Origin: Auanema rhodensis
Lineage: Eukaryota > Animalia > Nematoda
Direction: 5' to 3'
Assembly (NCBI GenBank): GCA_964057225.1
Contig: OZ059897.1
Coordinates: forward strand, 17,546,001 to 17,610,000
Length of the DNA stretch: 64,000 nt
This document shows positions 9,101 to 23,900 of this stretch, piece by piece (the stretch's first letter is position 1; each line of letters starts with the position of its first letter). A program made the position numbers and the translations under genes. The notes beneath the pieces are model-generated. The model had not been told where the DNA came from, made no database searches, and was given only the letters and a program-made list of their open reading frames with translations.

Positions 9101-12100
9101 AATGCACTATACTACATTGAGAAACGCTTAATACAAAAATTAGTTATGATCGTTTGAAAAATGATTCATTAGTGTATGTTGAGTTTCCATGTACACTCAA
9201 CATTGCTTCCAAAAACATTTTGACAAAAATTTTTTCGAAAAATTTCAAGATAATTTAGCAAAAAGTAGATGTTTTTAGATTCCTTTTTTCAAGGCAAAGA
9301 CGATGGACAATGTTATTCAACGAAAAAATTAATTCTTCAGGGTGAAAATCGAGGATATAAGTGTGAACTTATATCAATTGATATCTCGGTGCATTTTTAA
9401 GCTAGCGCAAATCTGATAACACAGATCGACGCAGCTTAAAAATCCGCATCGAATGCACTATACTACATTGAGAAACGCTTAATACAAAAATTAGTTATGA
9501 TCGTTTGAAAAATGATGCATTAGTGTATGTTGAGTTTCCATGTACACTCAACATTGCTTCCAAAAACATTTTGACAAAAATTTTTTCGAAAAATTTCAAG
9601 ATAATTTAGCGAAAAGTAGATGTTTTTAGATTCCTTTTTTCAAGGCAAAGACGATGGACATTGTTATTCAACGAAAAAATTGATTCTTCAGGGTGAAAAT
9701 CGAGGATATAAGTGTGAACTTATATCAGTTGATATCTCGGTGCATTTTTAAGCTAGCGCAAATCTGATAACACAGATCGACGCAGCTTAAAAATCCGCAT
9801 CGAATGCACTATACTACATTGAGAAACGCTTAATACAAAAATTAGTTATGATCGTTTGAAAAATGATGCATTAGTGTATGTTGAGTTTCCATGTACACTC
9901 AACATTGCTTCCAAAAACATTTTGACAAAAATTTTTTCGAAAAATTTCAAAATAATTTAGCAAAAAGTAGATGTTTTTAGATTCCTTTTTTCAAGGCAAA
10001 GACGATGGACAATGTTATTCAACGAAAAAAACAATTCTTCAGGGTGAAAATCGAGGATATAAGTGTGAACTTATATCAGTTGATATCTCGGTGCATTTTT
10101 AAGCTAGCGCAAATCTGATAGCACAGATCGACGTAGCTTAAAAATCCGCATCGAATGCACTATACTACATTGAGAAACGCTTAATACAAAAATTAGTTAT
10201 GATCGTTTGAAAAATGATGCATTAGTGTATGTTGAGTTTCCATGTACACTCAACATTGCTTCCAAAAACATTTTGACAAAAATTTTTTCGAAAAATTTCA
10301 AAATAATTTAGCAAAAAGTAGATGTTTTTAGATTCCTTTCTTCAAGGCAAAGACGATGGACAATGTTATTCAACGAAAAAATTGATTCTTCAGGGTGAAA
10401 ATCGAGGATATAAGTGTGAACTTATATCAGTTGATATCTCGGTGCATTTTTAAGCTAGCGCAAATCTGATAACACAGATCGACGCAGCTTAAAAATCCGC
10501 ATCGAATGCACTATACTACATTGAGAAACGCTTAATACAAAAATTAGTTATGATCGTTTGAAAAATGATGCATTAGTGTATGTTGAGTTTCCATGTACAC
10601 TCAACATTGCTTCCAAAAACATTTTGACAAAAATTTTTTCGAAAAATTTCAAAATAATTTAGCAAAAAGTAGATGTTTTTAGATTCCTTTTTTCAAGGCA
10701 AAGACGATGGACAATGTTATTCAACGAAAAAATTAATTCTTCAGGGTGAAAATCGAGGATATAAGTGTGAACTTATATCAGTTGATATCTCGGTGCATTT
10801 TTAAGCTAGCGCAAATCTGATAACACAGATCGACGCAGCTTAAAAATCCGCATCGAATGCACTATACTACATTGAGAAACGCTAAATACAAAAATTAGTT
10901 ATGATCGTTTGAAAAATGATGCATTAGTGTATGTTGAGTTTCCATGTACACTCAACATTGCTTCCAAAAACATTTTGACAAAAATTTTTTCGAAAAATTT
11001 CAAAATAATTTAGCGAAAAGTAGATGTTTTTAGATTCCTTTTTTCAAGGCAAAGACGATGGACAATGTTATTCAACGAAAAAATTAATTCTTCAGGGTGA
11101 AAATCGAGGATATAAGTGTGAACTTATATCAGTTGATATCTCGGTGCATTTTTAAGCTAGCGCAAATCTGATAACACAGATCGACGCAGCTTAAAAATCC
11201 GCATCGAATGCACTATACTACATTGAGAAACGCTTAATACAAAAATTAGTTATGATCGTTTGAAAAATGATGCATTAGTGTATGTTGAGTTTCCATGTAC
11301 ACTCAACATTGCTTCCAAAAACATTTTGACAAAAATTTTTTCGAAAAATTTCAAAATAATTTAGCAAAAAGTAGATGTTTTTAGATTCCTTTTTTCAAGG
11401 CAAAGACGATGGACAATGTTATTCAACGAAAAAAACAATTCTTCAGGGTGAAAATCGAGGATATAAGTGTGAACTTATATCAGTTGATATATCGGTGCAT
11501 TTTTAAGCTAGCGCAAATCTGATAACACAGATCGACGCAGCTTAAAAATCCGCATCGAATGCACTATACTACATTGAGAAACGCTAAATACAAAAATTAG
11601 TTATGATCGTTTGAAAAATGATGCATTAGTGTATGTTGAGTTTCCATGTACACTCAACATTGCTTCCAAAAACATTTTGACAAAAATTTTTTCGAAAAAT
11701 TTCAAGATAATTTAGCAAAAAGTAGATGTTTTTAGATTCCTTTTTTCAAGGCAAAGACGATGGACAATGTTATTCAACGAAAAAATTAATTCTTCAGGGT
11801 GAAAATCGAGGATATAAGTGTGAACTTATATCAGTTGATATCTCGGTGCATTTTTAAGCTAGCGCAAATCTGATAACACAGATCGACGCAGCTTAAAAAT
11901 CCGCATCGAATGCACTATACTACATTGAGAAACGCTTAATACAAAAATTAGTTATGATCGTTTGAAAAATGATGCATTAGTGTATGTTGAGTTTCCATGT
12001 ACACTCAACATTGCTTCCAAAAACATTTTGACAAAAATTTTTTCGAAAAATTTCAAAATAATTTAGCAAAAAGTAGATGTTTTTAGATTCCTTTTTTCAA

Positions 12101-14500
12101 GGCAAAGACGATGGACAATGTTATTCAACGAAAAAAACAATTCTTCAGGGTGAAAATCGAGGATATAAGTGTGAACTTATATCAGTTGATATATCGGTGC
12201 ATTTTTAAGCTAGCGCAAATCTGATAACACAGATCGACGCAGCTTACAAATCCGCATCGAATGCACTATACTACATTGAGAAACGCTTAATACAAAAATT
12301 AGTTATGATCGTTTGAAAAATGATGCATTAGTGTATGTTGAGTTTCCATGTACACTCAACATTGCTTCCAAAAACATTTTGACAAAACTTTTCGAAAAAT
12401 TTCAAGATAATTTAGCAAAAAGTAGATGTTTTTAGATTCCTTTTTTCAAGGCAAAGACGATGGACAATGTTATTCAACGAAAAAATTAATTCTTCAGGGT
12501 GAAAATCGAGGATATAAGTGTGAACTTATATCAGTTGATATCTCGGTGCATTTTTAAGCTAGCGCAAATCTGATAACACAGATCGACGTAGCTTAAAAAT
12601 CCGCATCGAATGCACTATACTACATTGAGAAACGCTTAATACAAAAATTAGTTATGATCGTTTGAAAAATGATGCATTAGTGTATGTTGAGTTTCCATGT
12701 ACACTCAACATTGCTTCCAAAAACATTTTGACAAAAATTTTTTCGAAAAATTTCAAAATAATTTAGCGAAAAGTAGATGTTTTTAGATTCCTTTTTTCAA
12801 GGCAAAGACGATGGACAATGTTATTCAACGAAAAAATTTATTCTTCAGGGTGAAAATCGAGGATATAAGTGTGAACTTATATCAGTTGATATCTCGGTGC
12901 ATTTTTAAGCTAGCGCAAATCTGATAACACAGATCGACGCAGCTTAAAAATCTGCATCGAATGCACTATACTACATTGAGAAACGCTTAATACAAAAATT
13001 AGTTATGATCGTTTGAAAAATGATTCATTAGTGTATGTTGAGTTTCCATGTACACTCAACATTGCTTCCAAAAACATTTTGACAAAACTTTTCGAAAAAT
13101 TTCAAGATAATTTAGCAAAAAGTAGATGTTTTTAGATTCCTTTTTTCAAGGCAAAGACGATGGACAATGTTATTCAACGAAAAAATTAATTCTTCAGGGT
13201 GAAAATCGAGGATATAAGTGTGAACTTATATCAGTTGATATCTCGGTGCATTTTTAAGCTAGCGCAAATCTGATAACACAGATCGACGTAGCTTAAAAAT
13301 CCGCATCGAATGCACTATACTACATTGAGAAACGCTTAATACAAAAATTAGTTATGATCGTTTGAAAAATGATGCATTAGTGTATGTTGAGTTTCCATGT
13401 ACACTCAACATTGCTTCCAAAAACATTTTGACAAAAATTTTTTCGAAAAATTTCAAAATAATTTAGCGAAAAGTAGATGTTTTTAGATTCCTTTTTTCAA
13501 GGCAAAGACGATGGACAATGTTATTCAACGAAAAAATTTATTCTTCAGGGTGAAAATCGAGGATATAAGTGTGAACTTATATCAGTTGATATCTCGGTGC
13601 ATTTTTAAGCTAGCGCAAATCTGATAACACAGATCGACGCAGCTTAAAAATCTGCATCGAATGCACTATACTACATTGAGAAACGCTTAATACAAAAATT
13701 AGTTATGATCGTTTGAAAAATGATTCATTAGTGTATGTTGAGTTTCCATGTACACTCAACATTGCTTCCAAAAACATTTTGACAAAAATTTTTTCGAAAA
13801 ATTTCAAGATAATTTAGCAAAAAGTAGATGTTTTTAGATTCCTTTTTTCAAGGCAAAGACGATGGACAATGTTATTCAACGAAAAAATTAATTCTTCAGG
13901 GTGAAAATCGAGGATATAAGTGTGAACTTATATCAATTGATATCTCGGTGCATTTTTAAGCTAGCGCAAATCTGATAACACAGATCGACGCAGCTTAAAA
14001 ATCCGCATCGAATGCACTATACTACATTGAGAAACGCTTAATACAAAAATTAGTTATGATCGTTTGAAAAATGATGCATTAGTGTATGTTGAGTTTCCAT
14101 GTACACTCAACATTGCTTCCAAAAACATTTTGACAAAAATTTTTTCGAAAAATTTCAAGATAATTTAGCGAAAAGTAGATGTTTTTAGATTCCTTTTTTC
14201 AAGGCAAAGACGATGGACATTGTTATTCAACGAAAAAATTGATTCTTCAGGGTGAAAATCGAGGATATAAGTGTGAACTTATATCAGTTGATATCTCGGT
14301 GCATTTTTAAGCTAGCGCAAATCTGATAACACAGATCGACGCAGCTTAAAAATCCGCATCGAATGCACTATACTACATTGAGAAACGCTTAATACAAAAA
14401 TTAGTTATGATCGTTTGAAAAATGATGCATTAGTGTATGTTGAGTTTCCATGTACACTCAACATTGCTTCCAAAAACATTTTGACAAAAATTTTTTCGAA
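6170..14500 (+). repeat. 13-monomer-spaced (4559-bp) duplication containing an internal 2-monomer duplication; boundaries approximate
   Basis: 2-bp deletions after 7829/12388 and 8529/13088, T7A at 6325/10884 and 7027/11586, and ggacaTtg at 9661/14220 are all spaced 4559 = 13x351-4. Confidence 0.9.
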
Positions 14501-17500
14501 AAATTTCAAAATAATTTAGCAAAAAGTAGATGTTTTTAGATTCCTTTCTTCAAGGCAAAGACGATGGACAATGTTATTCAACGAAAAAATTGATTCTTCA
14601 GGGTGAAAATCGAGGATATAAGTGTGAACTTATATCAGTTGATATCTCGGTGCATTTTTAAGCTAGCGCAAATCTGATAACACAGATCGACGCAGCTTAA
14701 AAATCCGCATCGAATGCACTATACTACATTGAGAAACGCTTAATACAAAAATTAGTTATGATCGTTTGAAAAATGATGCATTAGTGTATGTTGAGTTTCC
14801 ATGTACACTCAACATTGCTTCCAAAAACATTTTGACAAAAATTTTTTCGAAAAATTTCAAAATAATTTAGCAAAAAGTAGATGTTTTTAGATTCCTTTTT
14901 TCAAGGCAAAGACGATGGACAATGTTATTCAACGAAAAAAACAATTCTTCAGGGTGAAAATCGAGGATATAAGTGTGAACTTATATCAGTTGATATCTCG
15001 GTGCATTTTTAAGCTAGCGCAAATCTGATAGCACAGATCGACGTAGCTTAAAAATCCGCATCGAATGCACTATACTACATTGAGAAACGCTTAATACAAA
15101 AATTAGTTATGATCGTTTGAAAAATGATGCATTAGTGTATGTTGAGTTTCCATGTACACTCAACATTGCTTCCAAAAACATTTTGACAAAAATTTTTTCG
15201 AAAAATTTCAAAATAATTTAGCAAAAAGTAGATGTTTTTAGATTCCTTTTTTCAAGGCAAAGACGATGGACAATGTTATTCAACGAAAAAATTGATTCTT
15301 CAGGGTGAAAATCGAGGATATAAGTGTGAACTTATATCAGTTGATATCTCGGTGCATTTTTAAGCTAGCGCAAATCTGATAACACAGATCGACGCAGCTT
15401 AAAAATCCGCATCGAATGCACTATACTACATTGAGAAACGCTTAATACAAAAATTAGTTATGATCGTTTGAAAAATGATGCATTAGTGTATGTTGAGTTT
15501 CCATGTACACTCAACATTGCTTCCAAAAACATTTTGACAAAAATTTTTTCGAAAAATTTCAAAATAATTTAGCAAAAAGTAGATGTTTTTAGATTCCTTT
15601 TTTCAAGGCAAAGACGATGGACAATGTTATTCAACGAAAAAATTAATTCTTCAGGGTGAAAATCGAGGATATAAGTGTGAACTTATATCAGTTGATATAT
15701 CGGTGCATTTTTAAGCTAGCGCAAATCTGATAACACAGATCGACGCAGCTTAAAAATCCGCATCGAATGCACTATACTACATTGAGAAACGCCTAATACA
15801 AAAATTAGTTATGATCGTTTGAAAAATGATGCATTAGTGTATGTTGAGTTTCCATGTACACTCAACATTGCTTCCGAAAACATTTTGACAAAAATTTTTT
15901 CGAAAAATTTCAAAATAATTTAGCAAAAAGTAGATGTTTTTAGATTCCTTTTTTCAAGGCAAAGACGATGGACAATGTTATTCAACGAAAAAATTAATTC
16001 TTCAGGGTGAAAATCGAGGATATAAGTGTGAACTTATATCAATTGATATCTCGGTGCATTTTTAAGCTAGCGCAAATCTGATAACACAGATCGACGCAGC
16101 TTAAAAATCCGCATCGAATGCACTATACTACATTGAGAAACGCTTAATACAAAAATTAGTTATGATCGTTTGAAAAATGATGCATTAGTGTATGTTGAGT
16201 TTCCATGTACACTCAACATTGCTTCCAAAAACATTTTGACAAAAATTTTTTCGAAAAATTTCAAGATAATTTAGCGAAAAATAGATGTTTTTAGATTCCT
16301 TTTTTCAAGGCAAAGACGATGGACAATGTTATTCAACGAAAAAATTGATTCTTCAGGGTGAAAATTGAGGATATAAATGTGAACTTATATCAGTTGATAT
16401 CTCGGTGCATTTTTAAGCTAGCGCAAATCTGATAACACAGATCGACGCAGCTTAAAAATCCGCATCGAATGCACTATACTACATTGAGAAACGCTTAATA
16501 CAAAAATTAGTTATGATCGTTTGAAAAATGATGCATTAGTGTATGTTGAGTTTCCATGTACACTCAACATTGCTTCCAAAAACATTTTGACAAAAATTTT
16601 TTCGAAAAATTTCAAAATAATTTAGCAAAAAGTAGATGTTTTTAGATTCCTTTTTTCAAGGCAAAGACGATGGACAATGTTATTCAACGAAAAAATTTAT
16701 TCTTCAGGGTGAAAATCGAGGATATAAGTGTGAACTTATATCAGTTGATATATCGGTGCATTTTTAAGCTAGCGCAAATCTGATAACACAGATCGACGCA
16801 GCTTAAAAATCCGCATCGAATGCACTATACTACATTGAGAAACGCCTAATACAAAAATTAGTTATGATCGTTTGAAAAATGATGCATTAGTGTATGTTGA
16901 GTTTCCATGTACACTCAACATTGCTTCCAAAAACATTTTGACAAAAATTTTTTCGAAAAATTTCAAAATAATTTAGCAAAAAGTAGATGTTTTTAGATTC
17001 CTTTTCTCAAGGCAAAGACGATGGACAATGTTATTCAACGAAAAAATTTATTCTTCAGGGTGAAAATCGAGGATATAAGTGTGAACTTATATCAGTTGAT
17101 ATCTCGGTGCATTTTTAAGCTAGCGCAAATCTGATAACACAGATCGACGTAGCTTAAAAATCTGCATCGAATGCACTATACTACATTGAGAAACGCTTAA
17201 TACAAAAATTAGTTATGATCGTTTGAAAAATGATTCATTAGTGTATGTTGAGTTTCCATGTACACTCAACATTGCTTCCAAAAACATTTTGACAAAACTT
17301 TTTTCGAAAAATTTCAAGATAATTTAGCAAAAAGTAGATGTTTTTAGATTCCTTTTTTCAAGGCAAAGACGATGGACAATGTTATTCAACGAAAAAATTT
17401 ATTCTTCAGGGTGAAAATCGAGGATATAAGTGTGAACTTATATCAGTTGATATCTCGGTGCATTTTTAAGCTAGCCCAAACCTGATAACACAGATCGACG

Positions 17501-20500
17501 CAGCTTAAAAATCCGCATCGAATGCACTATACTACATTGAGAAACGCCTAATACAAAAATTAGTTATGATCGTTTGAAAAATGATGCATTAGTGTATGTT
17601 GAGTTTCCATGTACACTCAACATTGCTTCCGAAAACATTTTGACAAAAATTTTTTCGAAAAATTTCAAAATAATTTAGCAAAAAGTAGATGTTTTTAGAT
17701 TCCTTTTTTCAAGGCAAAGACGATGGACAATGTTATTCAACGAAAAAATTAATTCTTCAGGGTGAAAATCGAGGATATAAGTGTGAACTTATATCAATTG
17801 ATATCTCGGTGCATTTTTAAGCTAGCGCAAATCTGATAACACAGATCGACGCAGCTTAAAAATCTGCATCGAATGCACTATACTACATTGAGAAACGCTT
17901 AATACAAAAATTAGTTATGATCGTTTGAAAAATGATGCATTAGTGTATGTTGAGTTTCCATGTACACTCAACATTGCTTCCAAAAACATTTTGACAAAAA
18001 TTTTTTCGAAAAATTTCAAAATAATTTAGCAAAAAGTAGATGTTTTTAGATTCCTTTTTTCAAGGCAAAGACGATGGACAATGTTATTCAACGAAAAAAA
18101 CAATTCTTCAGGGTGAAAATCGAGGATATAAGTGTGAACTTATATCAGTTGATATATCGGTGCATTTTTAAGCTAGCGCAAATCTGATAACACAGATCGA
18201 CGCAGCTTAAAAATCCGCATCGAATGCACTATACTACATTGAGAAACGCTTGATACAAAAATTAGTTCTGATCGTTTGAAAAATGATGCATTAGTGTATG
18301 TTGAGTTTCCATGTACACTCAACATTGCTTCCAAAAACATTTTGACAAAAATTTTTTCGAAAAATTTCAAGATAATTTAGCAAAAAGTAGATGTTTTTAG
18401 ATTCCTTTTTTCAAGGCAAAGACGATGGACAATGTTATTCAACGAAAAAATTAATTCTTCAGGGTGAAAATCGAGGATATAAGTGTGAACTTATATCAGT
18501 TGATATCTCGGTGCATTTTTAAGCTAGCGCAAATCTGATAACACAGATCGACGTAGCTTAAAAATCCGCATCGAATGCACTATACTACATTGAGAAACGC
18601 TTAATACAAAAATTAGTTATGATCGTTTGAAAAATGATGCATTAGTGTATGTTGAGTTTCCATGTACACTCAACATTGCTTCCAAAAACATTTTGACAAA
18701 AATTTTTTCGAAAAATTTCAAAATAATTTAGCAAAAAGTAGATGTTTTTAGATTCCTTTTTTCAAGGCAAAGACGATGGACAATGTTATTCAACGGAAAA
18801 AACAATTCTTCAGGGTGAAAATCGAGGATATAAGTGTGAACTTATATCAGTTGATATATCGGTGCATTTTTAAGCTAGCGCAAATCTGATAACACAGATC
18901 GACGCAGCTTAAAAATCCGCATCGAATGCACTATACTACATTGAGAAACGCTTGATACAAAAATTAGTTCTGATCGTTTGAAAAATGATGCATTAGTGTA
19001 TGTTGAGTTTCCATGTACACTCAACATTGCTTCCAAAAACATTTTGACAAAAATTTTTTCGAAAAATTTCAAAATAATTTAGCAAAAAGTAGATGTTTTT
19101 AGATTCCTTTTTTCAAGGCAAAGACGATGGACAATGTTATTCAACGAAAAAATTTATTCTTCAGGGTGAAAATCGAGGATATAAGTGTGAACTTATATCA
19201 GTTGATATATCGGTGCATTTTTAAGCTAGCGCAAATCTGATAACACAGATCGACGCAGCTTAAAAATCCGCATCGAATGCACTATACTACATTGAGAAAC
19301 GCTTAATACAAAAATTAGTTATGATCGTTTGAAAAATGATGCATTAGTGTATGTTGAGTTTCCATGTACACTCAACATTGCTTCCAAAAACATTTTGACA
19401 AAAATTTTTTCGAAAAATTTCAAAATAATTTAGCAAAAAGTAGATGTTTTTAGATTCCTTTTTTCAAGGCAAAGACGATGGACAATGTTATTCAACGAAA
19501 AAAACAATTCTTCAGGGTGAAAATCGAGGATATAAGTGTGAACTTATATCAGTTGATATATCGGTGCATTTTTAAGCTAGCGCAAATCTGATAACACAGA
19601 TCGACGCAGCTTAAAAATCCGCATCGAATGCACTATACTACATTGAGAAACGCTTGATACAAAAATTAGTTCTGATCGTTTGAAAAATGATGCATTAGTG
19701 TATGTTGAGTTTCCATGTACACTCAACATTGCTTCCAAAAACATTTTGACAAAAATTTTTTCGAAAAATTTCAAAATAATTTAGCAAAAAGTAGATGTTT
19801 TTAGATTCCTTTTTTCAAGGCAAAGACGATGGACAATGTTATTCAACGAAAAAATTTATTCTTCAGGGTGAAAATCGAGGATATAAGTGTGAACTTATAT
19901 CAGTTGATATATCGGTGCATTTTTAAGCTAGCGCAAATCTGATAACACAGATCGACGCAGCTTAAAAATCCGCATCGAATGCACTATACTACATTGAGAA
20001 ACGCTTGATACAAAAATTAGTTCTGATCGTTTGAAAAATGATGCATTAGTGTATGTTGAGTTTCCATGTACACTCAACATTGCTTCCAAAAACATTTTGA
20101 CAAAAATTTTTTCGAAAAATTTCAAAATAATTTAGCAAAAAGTAGATGTTTTTAGATTCCTTTTTTCAAGGCAAAGACGATGGACAATGTTATTCAACGA
20201 AAAAATTTATTCTTCAGGGTGAAAATCGAGGATATAAGTGTGAACTTATATCAGTTGATATATCGGTGCATTTTTAAGCTAGCGCAAATCTGATAACACA
20301 GATCGACGCAGCTTAAAAATCCGCATCGAATGCACTATACTACATTGAGAAACGCTTAATACAAAAATTAGTTATGATCGTTTGAAAAATGATGCATTAG
20401 TGTATGTTGAGTTTCCATGTACACTCAACATTGCTTCCAAAAACATTTTGACAAAACTTTTTTCGAAAAATTTCAAGATAATTTAGCAAAAAGTAGATGT

Positions 20501-20999
20501 TTTTAGATTCCTTTTTTCAAGGCAAAGACGATGGACAATGTTATTCAACGAAAAAAACAATTCTTCAGGGTGAAAATCGAGGATATAAGTGTGAACTTAT
20601 ATCAGTTGATATATCGGTGCATTTTTAAGCTAGCGCAAATCTGATAACACAGATCGACGCAGCTTAAAAATCTGCATCGAATGCACTATACTACATTGAG
20701 AAACGCTTAATACAAAAATTAGTTATGATCGTTTGAAAAATGATTCATTAGTGTATGTTGAGTTTCCATGTACACTCAACATTGCTTCCAAAAACATTTT
20801 GACAAAACTTTTTTCGAAAAATTTCAAGATAATTTAGCAAAAAGTAGATGTTTTTAGATTCCTTTTTTCAAGGCAAAGACGATGGACAATGTTATTCAAC
20901 GAAAAAATTAATTCTCCAGGGTGAAAATCGAGGATATAAGTGTGAACTTATATCAGTTGATATCTCGGTGCATTTTTAAGCTAGCGCAAATCTGATAAC

Positions 21000-23900
21000 A
21001 CAGATCGACGCAGCTTAAAAATCCGCATCGAATGCACTATACTACATTGAGAAACGCTTAATACAAAAATTAGTTATAATCGTTTGAAAAATGATGCATT
21101 AGTGTATGTTGAGTTTCCATGTACACTCAACATTGCTTCCAAAAACATTTTGACAAAAATTTTTTCGAAAAATTTCAAGATAATTTAGCGAAAAGTAGAT
21201 GTTTTTAGATTCCTTTTTTCAAGGCAAAGACGATGGACAATGTTATTCAACGAAAAAATTTATTCTTCAGGGTGAAAATCGAGGATATAAGTGTGAACTT
21301 ATATCAGTTGATATCTCGGTGCATTTTTAAGCTAGCGCAAATCTGATAACACAGATCGACGCAGCTTAAAAATCCGCATCGAATGCACTATACTACATTG
21401 AGAAACGCTTAGTACAAAAATTAGTTATGATCGTTTGAAAAATGATGCATTAGTGTATGTTGAGTTTCCATGTACACTCAACATTGCTTCCAAAAACATT
21501 TTGACAAAAATTTTTTCGAAAAATTTCAAGATAATTTAGCAAAAAGTAGATGTTTTTAGATTCCTTTTTTCAAGGCAAAGACAATGGACAATGTTATTCA
21601 ACGAAAAAATTAATTCTTCAGGGTGAAAATCGAGGATATAAGTGTGAACTTATATCAGTTGATATCTCGGTGCATTTTTAAGCTAGCGCAAGTCTGATAA
21701 CACAGATCGACGCAGCTTAAAAATCCGCATCGAATGCACTATACTACATTGAGAAACGCTTAATACAAAAATTAGTTATGATCGTTTGAAAAATGATGCA
21801 TTAGTGTATGTTGAGTTTCCATGTACACTCAACATTGCTTCCAAAAACATTTTGACAAAACTTTTTTCGAAAAATTTCAAGATAATTTAGCAAAAAGTAG
21901 ATGTTTTTAGATTCCTTTTTTCAAGGCAAAGACGATGGACAATGTTATTCAACGGAAAAAACAATTCTTCAGGGTGAAAATCGAGGATATAAGTGTGAAC
22001 TTATATCAGTTGATATATCGGTGCATTTTTAAGCTAGCGCAAATCTGATAACACAGATCGACGCAGCTTAAAAATCCGCATCGAATGCACTATACTACAT
22101 TGAGAAACGCTTGATACAAAAATTAGTTCTGATCGTTTGAAAAATGATGCATTAGTGTATGTTGAGTTTCCATGTACACTCAACATTGCTTCCAAAAACA
22201 TTTTGACAAAAATTTTTTCGAAAAATTTCAAAATAATTTAGCAAAAAGTAGATGTTTTTAGATTCCTTTTTTCAAGGCAAAGACGATGGACAATGTTATT
22301 CAACGAAAAAATTTATTCTTCAGGGTGAAAATCGAGGATATAAGTGTGAACTTATATCAGTTGATATATCGGTGCATTTTTAAGCTAGCGCAAATCTGAT
22401 AACACAGATCGACGCAGCTTAAAAATCCGCATCGAATGCACTATACTACATTGAGAAACGCCTAATACAAAAATTAGTTATGATCGTTTGAAAAATGATG
22501 CATTAGTGTATGTTGAGTTTCCATGTACACTCAACATTGCTTCCAAAAACATTTTGACAAAAATTTTTTCGAAAAATTTCAAAATAATTTAGCAAAAAGT
22601 AGATGTTTTTAGATTCCTTTTTTCAAGGCAAAGACGATGGACAATGTTATTCAACGAAAAAAACAATTCTTCAGGGTGAAAATCGAGGATATAAGTGTGA
22701 ACTTATATCAGTTGATATATCGGTGCATTTTTAAGCTAGCGCAAATCTGATAACACAGATCGACGCAGCTTAAAAATCCGCATCGAATGCACTATACTAC
22801 ATTGAGAAACGCCTAATACAAAAATTAGTTATGATCGTTTGAAAAATGATGCATTAGTGTATGTTGAGTTTCCATGTACACTCAACATTGCTTCCAAAAA
22901 CATTTTGACAAAAATTTTTTCGAAAAATTTCAAAATAATTTAGCAAAAAGTAGATGTTTTTAGATTCCTTTTTTCAAGGCAAAGACGATGGACAATGTTA
23001 TTCAACGAAAAAAACAATTCTTCAGGGTGAAAATCGAGGATATAAGTGTGAACTTATATCAGTTGATATATCGGTGCATTTTTAAGCTAGCGCAAATCTG
23101 ATAACACAGATCGACGCAGCTTAAAAATCCGCATCGAATGCACTATACTACATTGAGAAACGCTTGATACAAAAATTAGTTCTGATCGTTTGAAAAATGA
23201 TGCATTAGTGTATGTTGAGTTTCCATGTACACTCAACATTGCTTCCAAAAACATTTTGACAAAAATTTTTTCGAAAAATTTCAAGATAATTTAGCAAAAA
23301 GTAGATGTTTTTAGATTCCTTTTTTCAAGGCAAAGACGATGGACAATGTTATTCAACGAAAAAATTAATTCTTCAGGGTGAAAATCGAGGATATAAGTGT
23401 GAACTTATATCAGTTGATATCTCGGTGCATTTTTAAGCTAGCGCAAGTCTGATAACACAGATCGACGCAGCTTAAAAATCCGCATCGAATGCACTATACT
23501 ACATTGAGAAACGCTTAATACAAAAATTAGTTATGATCGTTTGAAAAATGATGCATTAGTGTATGTTGAGTTTCCATGTACACTCAACATTGCTTCCAAA
23601 AACATTTTGACAAAACTTTTTTCGAAAAATTTCAAGATAATTTAGCAAAAAGTAGATGTTTTTAGATTCCTTTTTTCAAGGCAAAGACGATGGACAATGT
23701 TATTCAACGGAAAAAACAATTCTTCAGGGTGAAAATCGAGGATATAAGTGTGAACTTATATCAGTTGATATATCGGTGCATTTTTAAGCTAGCGCAAATC
23801 TGATAACACAGATCGACGCAGCTTAAAAATCCGCATCGAATGCACTATACTACATTGAGAAACGCTTGATACAAAAATTAGTTCTGATCGTTTGAAAAAT

